DNA of 56,848 nt from Nitrospirota bacterium (GCA_040754455.1 JBFMCP010000008.1:33483-90330), one strand, 5' to 3'; shown: positions 1 through 9,491, numbered from the stretch's first letter. Notes: generated from the sequence alone by a model not told the origin. Program-made: numbers and translations.

Positions 1-40
1 CGTAGCTCCATTGGGTTTTATTTTTCGCACAGGTAGTAAT

Positions 41-56
41 ATCAAAGTATATGCCA
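41..56 (-). promoter_or_regulatory. Candidate sigma54 promoter (variant -12) for a gene starting at position 11 and running off the window
   Basis: Minus strand reads TGGCATA-TACT-TTGAT (consensus TGGCACG-N4-TTGCW); ATG on minus strand at 11..9; lies directly downstream of a sigma54 activator gene. Confidence 0.45.
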
Positions 57-244
57 GGGCGAAAAGGGAGAAAGGTGTCAATTTTCTAACGAACAAAATG
101 AGGCAGTTATGAAAAAAAATGAGGAGCGCCAGGCAGGAAGGAAGAGTGACGCCGCGATCCATGGCACAGAAGTGTGACAGCACATATGTGTGTCATGACA
201 CATGATGACACCAGAGGAAAATGCCCCGGGGAAAAGAAGTATAA

Positions 245-1942
245 TTAATTCCTGGCGAGGTTGTACTCTTTAATTTTGCGGTAAATGGTTCTTCTGCTTA
301 TGCCGAGCAGGCGGGCGGCCCCTGCCTTGTTCCATGCCGCTCTCTCGAGGGCCTGGAGAATTAACGAGGGCTCATTCACATTCCTCTCTGTCGAGAGGAG
401 CGCCTTTTGCTCGAGAGATTCCTTGAAGTCGGGAGGGAGGTCGTTCACGGTGATGGTAGCTCCCCGGCAAAGAATAAAGGCGTGCTCAAGTGTATGTTCC
501 AGCTCCCGCACATTCCCCGGCCAGTCGTGATCAACGAGCATCCTGAGCACGTCGCTCGATACTGCTCCGATGTCCTTGTTGAGCTTTTTGCTGAACTTCT
601 TCATAAAATAGTTCACCAGGAGCGGTATATCGTCACGCCGCTCTCTGAGCGGCGGCAATGAGAGCTCGACTACCTTGAGGCGGTAATAGAGGTCCTCTCT
701 GAACTCCCCCCGCTTCACTTTTTCGCGAAGATTCCTGTTGGTTGCTGCAACGACCCTGACGTCGACCTTGAAGGGCGTCGAATCACCGACCCGTTCAAAT
801 TCTCTCTCCTGCAGAACACGCAGCAGGCGCAGCTGCATGCGGGGGGAGATATCGCCGATCTCATCGAGGAAGATGGTGCCGCCGTCCGCCCTCTGGAACC
901 TGCCGACCTTATCTTTCACTGCACCGGTGAAGGCGCCCTTGACATGTCCGAAGAGCTCGCTTTCGAGCAGGCTCTCGGTGAGCGCCGAGCAATTTACCGT
1001 AACGAAGGGTTTGCTGCTCCTGCTTCCCCGGTAGTGAAGGGCCTCGGCAACGAGCTCTTTTCCTGTTCCGCTCTCACCGGTAATCAGTACCGTTGTCTGT
1101 ACGTCGGCGAGCTCTTCAATAAGCGAATAGAGCTCCTGCATTTTTTCGGATTTGCCGATGATATTGTAATACTGCTGCCGCTTCCTGAGGTCACGCTCGA
1201 GGCCGGCGAGACGGGTCTCGTCTCTGATGACCATGACGGCACCGGAGAATGCCCCCTGACCGTCCAGGAGCGGATACGTGGAGATATCGAAGACCTGCAC
1301 CGGGCCGTCTCCGTGTATGCACTCGACGCGTGACAGTTCAACAGGCTGCCGCTTGGCTATGGTCGTCTGGAGGGCTTTGCTGCAGGTCGCGGTGAGCACC
1401 TCGGATCTGAGCTTCACGACCTTTCCTATATCATTGGACGATAGACCGCAGAGCTTCTTTGCTGCTTCATTGAGGTGGGTGACCTGCAGTTCCTGGTCAA
1501 CGGTGACGATGGCATCTTTGACGCTCCTGAAGATCGCCTCGAGATGCGCACGGTACCGTTCCTTTTCATCATTCAGCATCTTATGCTGTAGGGCGAGACG
1601 GGTGACGCTCAACAGCCGGTCCTGTTTCACCGGCTTGGGGATGTAATCAAAGGCGCCGAGGCGCACCGCCTCGGAGGCGGTCTCTATGTTGGGGTATCCG
1701 GTGATGATGACGACGGCGCAGTTCAGGTTGCGCTGCTTGATCTCCCAGAGGAGATCGATGCCGTTTTTATCTCCAAGGAGAATATCGACGAAGACCAGAT
1801 CAAAGGAAGCGCTGTCGATCTTCTCGATGGCTCCCTCAAAGTGTTCGGCGGTAATGACTTCGAACCCTTCTTCCGAGAGAAAGCTCTCAAAGGTGAAACG
1901 GATGCTTTCTTCGTCGTCGATGACAAGAATCCTAGTGGTCAT
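245..1942 (-). CDS. Sigma54-dependent response regulator (REC-PAS-AAA+-Fis HTH)
   Basis: N-terminal receiver (ILVIDDE..VFVDI), PAS segment, GESGTGKE Walker A, GAFTGA, WPGNVREL, C-terminal HTH (AARLLGISRRTIYRK). Confidence 0.95.
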   Translation of the reverse strand: MTTRILVIDDEESIRFTFESFLSEEGFEVITAEHFEGAIEKIDSASFDLVFVDILLGDKNGIDLLWEIKQRNLNCAVVIITGYPNIETASEAVRLGAFDYIPKPVKQDRLLSVTRLALQHKMLNDEKERYRAHLEAIFRSVKDAIVTVDQELQVTHLNEAAKKLCGLSSNDIGKVVKLRSEVLTATCSKALQTTIAKRQPVELSRVECIHGDGPVQVFDISTYPLLDGQGAFSGAVMVIRDETRLAGLERDLRKRQQYYNIIGKSEKMQELYSLIEELADVQTTVLITGESGTGKELVAEALHYRGSRSSKPFVTVNCSALTESLLESELFGHVKGAFTGAVKDKVGRFQRADGGTIFLDEIGDISPRMQLRLLRVLQEREFERVGDSTPFKVDVRVVAATNRNLREKVKRGEFREDLYYRLKVVELSLPPLRERRDDIPLLVNYFMKKFSKKLNKDIGAVSSDVLRMLVDHDWPGNVRELEHTLEHAFILCRGATITVNDLPPDFKESLEQKALLSTERNVNEPSLILQALERAAWNKAGAARLLGISRRTIYRKIKEYNLARN

Positions 1943-4187
1943 ACTTAACCTTTCTTGCAGGCAGCTCGATAATGATCATTGTGCTTACCTGCTCAGTGCT
2001 CCTGATGAGCAATCTACCTCCGTGATCACTGATAATGCCATGACTGATGCTCAGACCCAGTCCGGTGCCGGTCGGCTTTGTCGAGAAGAAGGGGTCTTTC
2101 ACCTTATCGAGAATGTCGGCGGGAATGCCGGTCCCCCTGTCGTGAAAGGTGATGCGTACCGACGGCACCTCATTTCCTACGACCTGTTCCCCGGAAATTT
2201 CCAATATCTTTTCCTCATGCCGACCGGGGTATTTCTGGTTGAGCGCGTATCGTGCATTATTGATGATATTGAAAAAGACCTGCTGGATCTGTTGTGCATT
2301 TACCACGACCTCAGGCAACATGTCGGGAATATGCACCGTGAGTTTGATCCCTTCTTTCCTCAATTGCGCCTCGGTGAGGAAGAGCGTATCGGCAATCAGG
2401 TCTTTTATCTGTACCGGGCTCTTGAGCCCCTTGCGATCGCGGGCAAAGGAGAGGAGGCTCTTCACGATGGTCGCGATGCGGTCTCCCTCCTTGATGATCC
2501 TGCAGGCGATATCATGCTCTTTGCTTCCTCCCTCACTCCTGTTGGCAATGATCTGTGCATAGTTGATGATGCCGTTTATGGGATTGTTGATTTCATGGGC
2601 AACCCCCGCGGCCATCTTCCCGAGCGATGCGAGATGGTCGGCCCTCATCACCTCTGCCTGCAGCTCCATCTTCTCGGTAATATCGGTTGCGGTGACAATG
2701 ACATTGGTAACGACGCCTCCTTCATCTATGATGGGGAATGCACGCGTACTTAAAAACGTATCACCCACTTTCGTTGTGGCATTTTCTTCCCTGCCTGAGT
2801 TGAAGCACCGCTTGACATGGCAGTTTTCGCAGGGATCATCGCGGTGGTGCCACAGGGTATAGCAGTATTGTCCGGTAAGATCGGAGATACTCTTCCCCAA
2901 AAAGTTGGCGGCCCCCTTATTTGCCCAGAGGATCTTCAAATCAGGGGAGAGGAGCAGCAGAGTGTCGGGAATAGCATCCAGAAGGGCATTGAATTCCTGG
3001 GAGAGCCGCCTGAATTTTTTCTCGCTCTCGCGCAGTGCCGCCTCTGCCCGGCGCCGGTTGGTGATATTAACGAGATTCAGGATCACTCCCGATACGGTCC
3101 CGTCCTCTTCCTTTACCGGATTGAGGTTCCAGTCCCAGTACTCGTTTTTGCGTCGGTAACTTCTGAAGTATTTAAATGATTGGCCATAGGCGGTATACGG
3201 CTCGCCAGTAGCTACAACTCTCCTGAAGAGCTCCTGGCTTGCCATGTGGGGAAAGAGATCGAAGTGGTTTTTCCCTGCAAAGGATTCCGGATCGAGTCCC
3301 TCGGCCTCTGCATAGGAGCGGTTGACGCGGATGAAGCGGAAATCCGTGTCTAGATAGGCAATGGCGACATTGATATTGGAGAAGACCTTTTCTAGGAGGT
3401 CATTCGCCTCCTTGAGGTCTTTATCCCTCTTGACGCGCTCGAGGATCTCATGGCCGAGATAGGTGCTGGCAGTGCGTAACTCGCGCGTACGTTCTTCAAC
3501 GGCCTCTTTGAGCTGGTCGCGGTGGCTGATTAGCTCCTGCATGAGCCGCTCGAGCTCGGTCTTCTGCATTTTGAGCTGGCGGTTTGCTTCCTGCAGCTCT
3601 GAAAGAGAGGCGTTTCGCTCTTCTTCTGCCCTCTTGAGAATGGTAATATCACTCACGACCGACCAGCAGCCCGCCTCTCCCTCCGAGCTCTCAATAGGGG
3701 TGCTCTGGAGCTGGACATAGAGCGGAGCCATGTCTTCACCGCGCACCAGCCTGATCTCGCAGGTCCGGCTCTTCCGTTTCTTGATGACCTCCCGGAGATG
3801 TGTCCGGAACACCGCACGTGATTCTGTATCGATGTGTGCAGAAAAAGGCTTGTTCAATAAAAAGCGCTTGTTGGCTCCCAGCAATCGGGCACCGGTAAGG
3901 TTCACCTCTTTGATACGGCCTGAAGCGTCAAAGGTAAAATAGCCGACGGGGGCGAAGTTGTATAAATTTAAATATTTTCTCCGTGCCGCATCAAGCTCCT
4001 CTCTTGCAGCACGGAGCTGTTCGTTCTGTCGTTCCAGATTTGTCTGGTAGTTCCTGAGGTTATTAAGGGAATGCGATGCAGGATGGTCTGTCTGCTCGAT
4101 CAGGCCGGTGGGGCGGTGCGTCAGTTTTCCGAGCGTCGGCGCAGATGGATCGGCACTATTGTTCAGGTCGATTTTAGATTTTCCCAT
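1932..4187 (-). CDS. Multi-PAS cytoplasmic sensor histidine kinase
   Basis: Several PAS repeats, H-box VAHEINNP, N-box NIINNA, DRGTGI, GTGLGLS; overlaps the response regulator start. Confidence 0.93.
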   Translation of the reverse strand: MGKSKIDLNNSADPSAPTLGKLTHRPTGLIEQTDHPASHSLNNLRNYQTNLERQNEQLRAAREELDAARRKYLNLYNFAPVGYFTFDASGRIKEVNLTGARLLGANKRFLLNKPFSAHIDTESRAVFRTHLREVIKKRKSRTCEIRLVRGEDMAPLYVQLQSTPIESSEGEAGCWSVVSDITILKRAEEERNASLSELQEANRQLKMQKTELERLMQELISHRDQLKEAVEERTRELRTASTYLGHEILERVKRDKDLKEANDLLEKVFSNINVAIAYLDTDFRFIRVNRSYAEAEGLDPESFAGKNHFDLFPHMASQELFRRVVATGEPYTAYGQSFKYFRSYRRKNEYWDWNLNPVKEEDGTVSGVILNLVNITNRRRAEAALRESEKKFRRLSQEFNALLDAIPDTLLLLSPDLKILWANKGAANFLGKSISDLTGQYCYTLWHHRDDPCENCHVKRCFNSGREENATTKVGDTFLSTRAFPIIDEGGVVTNVIVTATDITEKMELQAEVMRADHLASLGKMAAGVAHEINNPINGIINYAQIIANRSEGGSKEHDIACRIIKEGDRIATIVKSLLSFARDRKGLKSPVQIKDLIADTLFLTEAQLRKEGIKLTVHIPDMLPEVVVNAQQIQQVFFNIINNARYALNQKYPGRHEEKILEISGEQVVGNEVPSVRITFHDRGTGIPADILDKVKDPFFSTKPTGTGLGLSISHGIISDHGGRLLIRSTEQVSTMIIIELPARKVKYDH

Positions 4188-4340
4188 GATCCTGTCTCTG
4201 GCCGCTGCGTCGGCATACCGGTTTCAGGCATGCGGTAGTAATCTATAATAAACGTCTGCAGGATAGTGTAAGTATACGCCCCCATTCCTCTATTATAGCA
4301 AAGGAGTCTCCTGAATGGCTTGTAGCTTTTCCGGTAGCGC

Positions 4341-5444
4341 TTACACGGAAGCGGAAGTGAGCTCGTCGAAAAGCGCTTTTACCGAAACAATTCTGTCCAC
4401 CCGTGCTGCGTTGGTGCCGACGGTATAGAGAGGCTCTTCCTTGTCGGGATTGTATCCGGCGGAGCTCAGGAGTCCGTTACAAATACAGAAATGGTGTTCA
4501 TTGCTCTCTTTTGCAGGGCATACGGTGAAGTGCCCTTCTTTGTCCTTCAACAGCACGTAGCCTTTGTCGCATTTGGGAGCCCGCGCTCTTTTTACTGCAG
4601 AAACATACATGGGAGATTGCTTGATGATCCTGAAAGGCAGCCCGCAGGGCGAGCCGGGGTCGTGTGCGACGAGGATGTCATCCTGTGTAGCACCGAGCAC
4701 TGCCTGTTTGTATGCCTCTGATGCGCTGCTTTCTTCGGTTGCGAGAAAGCGTGTGCCCATCTGGACGCCGTCTGCTCCCAGCTTCAGGAATTTGACGATG
4801 TCCTCATGAGTATAAATGCCGCCTGCGACAATGACGGGGAAGTCGCCGTACTTCTGTGCCATGTCCTTAACAGGAGGGAGGAGGTTTTCGAGCCTGTTTG
4901 AATCGAGATCGATCTGGTCCATCTTAAAGCCGAGATGCCCGCCTGCGAGCGGACCCTCAAGGACGACCGCATCAGGCCGGTACCCTAATTTCTCCCATTT
5001 CTTGCAGATGATATCGAGTGCCCGGGCTGACGAAACGATGGGAATGAGCGCGGTATCCTTTGGCGGCTGAATTGCGGGCAACGAAACCGGCAGGCCTGCC
5101 CCAGATATGATCACATCGGCCCCTGCGTCAAGGGCCCCCCGCACCGAATCGGCGTAGTCCCGCACCAAGGCGACCATGATGTTAATACCAGCAAGACCCC
5201 CTTCTGCTTTGGCACGGGAGACTTCTTCATAGGCTGCTTCATAGGTGGTGACCTTTTTTCCGGTCCTCTTTGATACGAGTCTGTCCAGGCATGCGCTTGA
5301 GACAATGCCGAGCCCTCCCTCTTTTGCAACAGCGCTGGCAAGGGGGTACAGCGAGACGCCGACGCCCATGCCGCCCTGGACGATGGGGATTCTTATATTT
5401 TTACCTTTAATAACAAGCGACGGTAACGAAAAATTTGATTCCAA
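4341..5444 (-). CDS. Nitronate monooxygenase / FabK-like flavin oxidoreductase
   Basis: PIVQGGMGVG, EGPLAGGH, VIVAGGI, GVQMGTRF motifs; start moved to TTG at 5444 behind an AAGGAG RBS. Confidence 0.85.
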   Translation of the reverse strand: MESNFSLPSLVIKGKNIRIPIVQGGMGVGVSLYPLASAVAKEGGLGIVSSACLDRLVSKRTGKKVTTYEAAYEEVSRAKAEGGLAGINIMVALVRDYADSVRGALDAGADVIISGAGLPVSLPAIQPPKDTALIPIVSSARALDIICKKWEKLGYRPDAVVLEGPLAGGHLGFKMDQIDLDSNRLENLLPPVKDMAQKYGDFPVIVAGGIYTHEDIVKFLKLGADGVQMGTRFLATEESSASEAYKQAVLGATQDDILVAHDPGSPCGLPFRIIKQSPMYVSAVKRARAPKCDKGYVLLKDKEGHFTVCPAKESNEHHFCICNGLLSSAGYNPDKEEPLYTVGTNAARVDRIVSVKALFDELTSASV

Positions 5445-5973
5445 AAGCAGCTCCTTACTCAAGTGCAGTACCGGAATTATTTTTGCTGCCATTCCTGGAT
5501 AGATGCACGGGATATCGAAAAACAGATAAGATTTATAATCGCCTATTAGGGGTATTTTAATCAAGAGAAACAATTAAGACGAGACCCGAGAGTGCTTGAG
5601 CTACTGATCTCCTCAACAAAGATGTTCCGAACCTGGGGCTCGTTTGTTGACCGGCACGTGGGAATTCCCTACAATTTAAGTAAGTTTATCAGGAATATCG
5701 ATGAAAAGCAGAGGATTGTCTTGCAGGAGTTCAGCATAATGTCCGACTACAGCAACCCCCTTTGTCCTCCACTGAGCTGAGTACGGCCACTCATAGCACC
5801 TTCGTCTTCTTCCGCTCAAATGAATGACTGCATAAAGAAATTTGCCACTGATAGAGAGCGACGTGCCCTCTGCGGTATCTGTCCCGCAGGATGAAGGACT
5901 GGTGGTGAAGCGATGGTTTACTGATCCGAAGAACTGGGTTTCTCTTATTGAGTTGCAAAAAGGATGAGTGCGT

Positions 5974-6669
5974 ATGCGGTATCGTGCTCTTGCCTGTGAC
6001 TATGACGGAACGCTCGCTACCGAAGGCAGGGTAGAGCAGGAATGCATCGCTGCTCTTGAGCGACTGAAGGTATCGGGACGAAAGCTTGTCCTGGTTACCG
6101 GGCGGCAGTTGGAGGACCTCTCCGAGATTTTTCCTGAGAGAAATCTCTTCGACCGGATTGTCGCAGAAAACGGCGCACTGATCTATTGTCCCGAAACAGC
6201 TCAAGAGCAGTTGATCGGTAAGCCGCCGCCGCCAGAATTTGTCGAGGAGCTCGAAAAACGGGGCGTTTTTCCTTCTGTCGGCCGTATCATCGTGGCGACG
6301 AGGGAGCCTCATGGCGCCACGGTGGGGCACATAATCCACGATCTGGACCTGGATGTGCAAATAATCCTTAACAAAGGCGCAGTAATGGTGCTCCCGGCGG
6401 GGGTGAACAAGGCCACAGGACTGCAACACGCGCTCTCTGATCTTGGACTATCGCCACACGATGCCGTCGGCATCGGCGATGCCGAGAACGACCTCGACTT
6501 TCTCAGCGTTTGCGCGTACGCTGTCGCTGTGGCGAATGCGCTGCCCTTCCTCAAAGAGCGCGTCGATTACGTGACCAGGGGGGAGCGCGGCGCGGGTGTT
6601 ATCGAACTGATCGATAAGATAATCGCAGGCGGTCTTCAGGAGCGCGGTTCACGTCCGATAAAAAGTTGA
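5974..6669 (+). CDS. HAD-superfamily (Cof/sucrose-phosphatase-like) hydrolase
   Basis: DYDGTL, VTGR, NKATG, GDAENDLD motifs. Confidence 0.88.
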   Translation: MRYRALACDYDGTLATEGRVEQECIAALERLKVSGRKLVLVTGRQLEDLSEIFPERNLFDRIVAENGALIYCPETAQEQLIGKPPPPEFVEELEKRGVFPSVGRIIVATREPHGATVGHIIHDLDLDVQIILNKGAVMVLPAGVNKATGLQHALSDLGLSPHDAVGIGDAENDLDFLSVCAYAVAVANALPFLKERVDYVTRGERGAGVIELIDKIIAGGLQERGSRPIKS

Positions 6670-6672
6670 CTG

Positions 6673-7167
6673 CTAATCAAGTTTGGAAAACCCTTTGGTG
6701 ATCATATAGCTTTTGATTTTCTCCATGTGAGACTCTTCGCCGGCAATGATGCTCTTCAAGTTAAGGACAACCGGATTGACGGTTTCGGGCACTTCAAAGA
6801 TAAAGCCCTCTGTTACCGACTGCTCCAACAGCAATGCTAAATGCAGCGCTTCTTTTAACGTGACCATGCGTGTCCTGATTATCGTCTTGACGTGATCGGT
6901 AAATTCCAGGGTCTTCTCAATGAAAGCGGCCGGAGGGAGTTTTATCTGGTCAGGGTCCTCTTCGATCAGTTTCAGGATCTCCGCGGAAAGATAAAAGGCG
7001 GCATGGAACTCCTCGTCGACCACCAGCTCTCCCCAGAAGTCCCGGTCTTCAGGAAACATATTCATGAATGCTTTATAAATCTCCGCGCAGGCAAACTCCA
7101 CATCGACGCAATGCAGGAGCTTTTTTTTGTCTTCGGAAAACGAACGGTGATGGAAAAGTTCTTTCAT
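6673..7167 (-). CDS. Ferritin/rubrerythrin-like protein
   Basis: Two ExxH motifs (DEEFH, EESH) in a helical protein. Confidence 0.6.
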   Translation of the reverse strand: MKELFHHRSFSEDKKKLLHCVDVEFACAEIYKAFMNMFPEDRDFWGELVVDEEFHAAFYLSAEILKLIEEDPDQIKLPPAAFIEKTLEFTDHVKTIIRTRMVTLKEALHLALLLEQSVTEGFIFEVPETVNPVVLNLKSIIAGEESHMEKIKSYMITKGFSKLD

Positions 7168-7272
7168 GCGACAATTATACTAAAAATGAAGATAACCGGG
7201 TAGGGCTCAAAGGTGTTCTGCAAAGGCGGTTCTGGAAGATGAATAGCACGTAAGGAATTGATCGTAAAAAAG

Positions 7273-7326
7273 GAAAAAACTGGTGAGCCGTGGAGGATTC
7301 GAACCTCCGACCCGCTGATTAAGAGT
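7273..7326 (+). repeat. att core, left copy (duplicated 3' half of tRNA-Lys plus 8 bp)
   Basis: GAAAAAACTGGTGAGCCGTGGAGGATTCGAACCTCCGACCCGCTGATTAAGAGT identical to 27075-27128. Confidence 0.97.
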
Positions 7327-7483
7327 AGTTTTTGGTAGACACTCACAAGAGCTTGAAAATGCTATTAAACTATTTGCTTTTTAAAGATAATAAGGCTTTC
7401 CGAATTTGCTTTTACCCAAATCCAGCGATAAGCGCTGAATCTGGGTTTTATTTATATACTTTTCCCTTCTTCTTTTCTTGCTT

Positions 7484-7502
7484 TTTTCACAATTTTGTCA
7501 CA
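7484..7502 (+). promoter_or_regulatory. Candidate integrase arm-type site pair (left end)
   Basis: TTTTCACAATTTTGTCACA closely matches TTGTCACGATTTTGTCACA near the right att. Confidence 0.65.
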
Positions 7503-7585
7503 TCCCCTCAGAGCTATACCGGCCGCACATCTGATTACCCCGAAATATTCATTGTTGTTGGCGCAGACGTTAGCAGTTCGTTTAT

Positions 7586-7685
7586 GATAGATGTATCATG
7601 ACCGCTGGCGAGCTCCGGATGCCCGATGCGATAGATGTATCACTCCTGGAGCTGCTGCAGATCCTTCTGGACCGATAGATGTATC
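7586..7685 (+). repeat. Three exact GATAGATGTATC 12-mers with a 44-bp period
   Basis: Copies at 7586, 7630 and 7674 separated by unrelated 32-bp GC-rich spacers. Confidence 0.9.
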
Positions 7686-7750
7686 TTTTGGGGCTGATCC
7701 TCTACCGGGCCGGTCCACCGGCTTCGCTCCTTTCCTAAATCTCCCCCCTG

Positions 7751-7768
7751 TGCTATAATACTTGTATC
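7751..7768 (+). promoter_or_regulatory. Extended -10 promoter of the TA operon with an overlapping operator-like site
   Basis: TGcTATAAT at 7751-7759 overlapped by AATACTTGTATC; GGAGG RBS before 7791. Confidence 0.6.
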
Positions 7769-7790
7769 GCAATTTCAAAAGGAGGGCAAT

Positions 7791-8018
7791 ATGCCTCTTT
7801 CGATAAGATTACCGGAGAAAATAGAAAAGAGACTTAATCGACTGGCCGCGAAGACTGGACGGAGTAAGACCTATTACGTTACCGAGGCTATCATTGAACA
7901 CTTGGGAGATATTGAAGACAGCTATTTAGCTGCAAAGCGCCTCGAAGACGTAATGAAAGGCAAGAGCCGGACCTATACCCTGGACGAAGCGAGGGAAAAG
8001 CTTGGCCTGGACGATTAA
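7791..8018 (+). CDS. RelB-like ribbon-helix-helix antitoxin
   Basis: LSIRLP..RLNRLAAKTGRSKTYYVTEAI RHH, acidic C-terminus, overlaps the toxin gene. Confidence 0.88.
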   Translation: MPLSIRLPEKIEKRLNRLAAKTGRSKTYYVTEAIIEHLGDIEDSYLAAKRLEDVMKGKSRTYTLDEAREKLGLDD

Positions 8019-8271
8019 AATTGAGGACTCTGCATTAAAGGATCTTAAAAAAATTGATAGGACACACGCCAGGCGCATACTCGATTTTTTAGGTCAGCGC
8101 GTGGCAAAGCTCGAAGATCCCCGCAGCATCGGACAGGCTTTAAAAGGTGCCGAGCTCGGTGATTTTTGGAAGTATCGTGTAGGAGACTATCGCATTATTT
8201 GTGATATCCAGGATAACGCTTTAGTGGTCCTCGTTTTACGCATCGGCAACCGGCGCGACATATACCGTTGA
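8002..8271 (+). CDS. RelE/StbE family toxin
   Basis: WKYRVGDYRIIC..VLVLRIGNRRDIY typical of RelE. Confidence 0.92.
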   Translation: MAWTIKIEDSALKDLKKIDRTHARRILDFLGQRVAKLEDPRSIGQALKGAELGDFWKYRVGDYRIICDIQDNALVVLVLRIGNRRDIYR

Positions 8272-8289
8272 GCTGATCGGAGAGAGCAA

Positions 8290-8748
8290 ATGAAAGCTAT
8301 CATGACTTATAAAGGCTATACCGGGTCAGCACATTTCAGCGCAGAAGATAAGGTATTTCACGGCAAGGTAGAAGGGATAAAAGATTTAATCCGCTTTGAG
8401 GGCAGGGACGTTGAAAATCTTAAAGACGCTTTCCATGAGGCCGTAGACGATTACATAGAGCATTCTAGGGCAAAAGGGAGGGAGCCCAAGAGCCCCTATA
8501 GTCTTTCAATATTTCATCCGGCAGCGGCTCAAAGAAGCTCTTATCGATCGCTATCCGTGGATTTCACCAAAATCAGCACTATAGGGTATTTCGTTGCTCC
8601 AACATTTTTGGGGGGAATTGGGACGACTACTTTACCGAAGAAGCGGCGTAATGCAGACAGAAAAAGGAGCAGAAGAGATTTTATTACTTCTGGGCAGGAT
8701 CGAGCACGGAGTATTCTCATAGCAGAATATCCCATCCTTACATCGTGA
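8290..8748 (+). CDS. HicB-like protein, N-terminal domain only with an aberrant C-terminus (possible pseudogene)
   Basis: YKGYTGS..FHGKVEGIKDLIRFEG..FHEAVDDY..PKSPYS is HicB-like, then the sequence diverges; no hicA nearby. Confidence 0.7.
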   Translation: MKAIMTYKGYTGSAHFSAEDKVFHGKVEGIKDLIRFEGRDVENLKDAFHEAVDDYIEHSRAKGREPKSPYSLSIFHPAAAQRSSYRSLSVDFTKISTIGYFVAPTFLGGIGTTTLPKKRRNADRKRSRRDFITSGQDRARSILIAEYPILTS

Positions 8749-8769
8749 GAGAATCATCAAAAATAGAAT

Positions 8770-9027
8770 ATGAAACAAAAATCAGAAGCAGATCTTGATC
8801 TGAGTAAAACAAAGCTAATCAACCAAAGCCCTCCGCGATGCAAACAGTGCTGGTTTCCCGATCAGGACGATCCGAAGCGATTTATGGTCAGCTTCATAAA
8901 TCCTGAAAATGGGAAACTGGCCTTCGCAATCAAATGTCCCAACATTCTGACCCAGTTCGGGAAAGGATGCTCATCTACTTGGGAGCCTGAAACTACCGAA
9001 GAAATAAATCTGAAGAATGGCAGTTAA
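8770..9027 (+). CDS. Small Cys-containing hypothetical protein
   Basis: 85 aa ORF with CKQC plus two further Cys. Confidence 0.5.
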   Translation: MKQKSEADLDLSKTKLINQSPPRCKQCWFPDQDDPKRFMVSFINPENGKLAFAIKCPNILTQFGKGCSSTWEPETTEEINLKNGS

Positions 9028-9060
9028 AAACGGCTGAGTTGAAAGAGCCCAGAAGAGCTG

Positions 9061-9491
9061 ATTTGTCCGCCCGGACGGACAAATGCATTTTGCGATGGTA
9101 AAACAACAGGGTGCGACCGATTATGCGCACTTTTTATGAAGCAAGAATAGCTCTACAGTAACCAGAACAACTCTGCGGTAGGGAAGGGGGAGCCGGATAC
9201 AGCCTCTTTGTTCGGATTCCGAACAGATGATAATATTACAAATGATGAAAATAAAATAATGTGTTCGGTCCCCGAACATTCTGGCCAGTGACCGCCACCC
9301 CGATCCAGCTTCAGCGTGCTGAAAAAAACTTAATAGAAGCTTTTCAAAACAATCAAGCGCGACCGATTATGCGCACTTCTCTCATGAATATACAAAATAA
9401 CAAGTGAGGAAACGACTCTCCGGAATCCATGATGGACCGTTCCGGTACATCGAGGAAAGGGAAAATTGAATGTGCGATCCACTCCGCGCAG
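9061..9491. repeat. Cluster of palindromic sites of three types
   Basis: ATTTGTCCG-N6-CGGACAAAT (9061-9084); TGTTCGG-N3-CCGAACA x2 (9209, 9262); GYGCGA-N8-GCGCA x3 (9111, 9357, 9472), two of which share an exact 20-mer. Confidence 0.8.

Noticed and set aside
1686..2753. 355-aa plus-strand ORF and other long antisense ORFs (e.g. 47878-48855, 50272-51153, 52326-53264)
   Set aside because: Shadow frames opposite well-supported genes, with no recognisable motifs
5490..5790. Possible 6S RNA or riboswitch (several stems; GAACCTGGGGCTCG)
   Set aside because: Pairings are short and mutually exclusive, and no family-defining motif could be matched
7281..7326. Second tRNA-Lys gene
   Set aside because: Only the 3' half is present; it is the att duplication
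7586..7685. CRISPR array
   Set aside because: Repeats are only 12 bp with three copies and there are no cas genes; kept as a phased-site array instead
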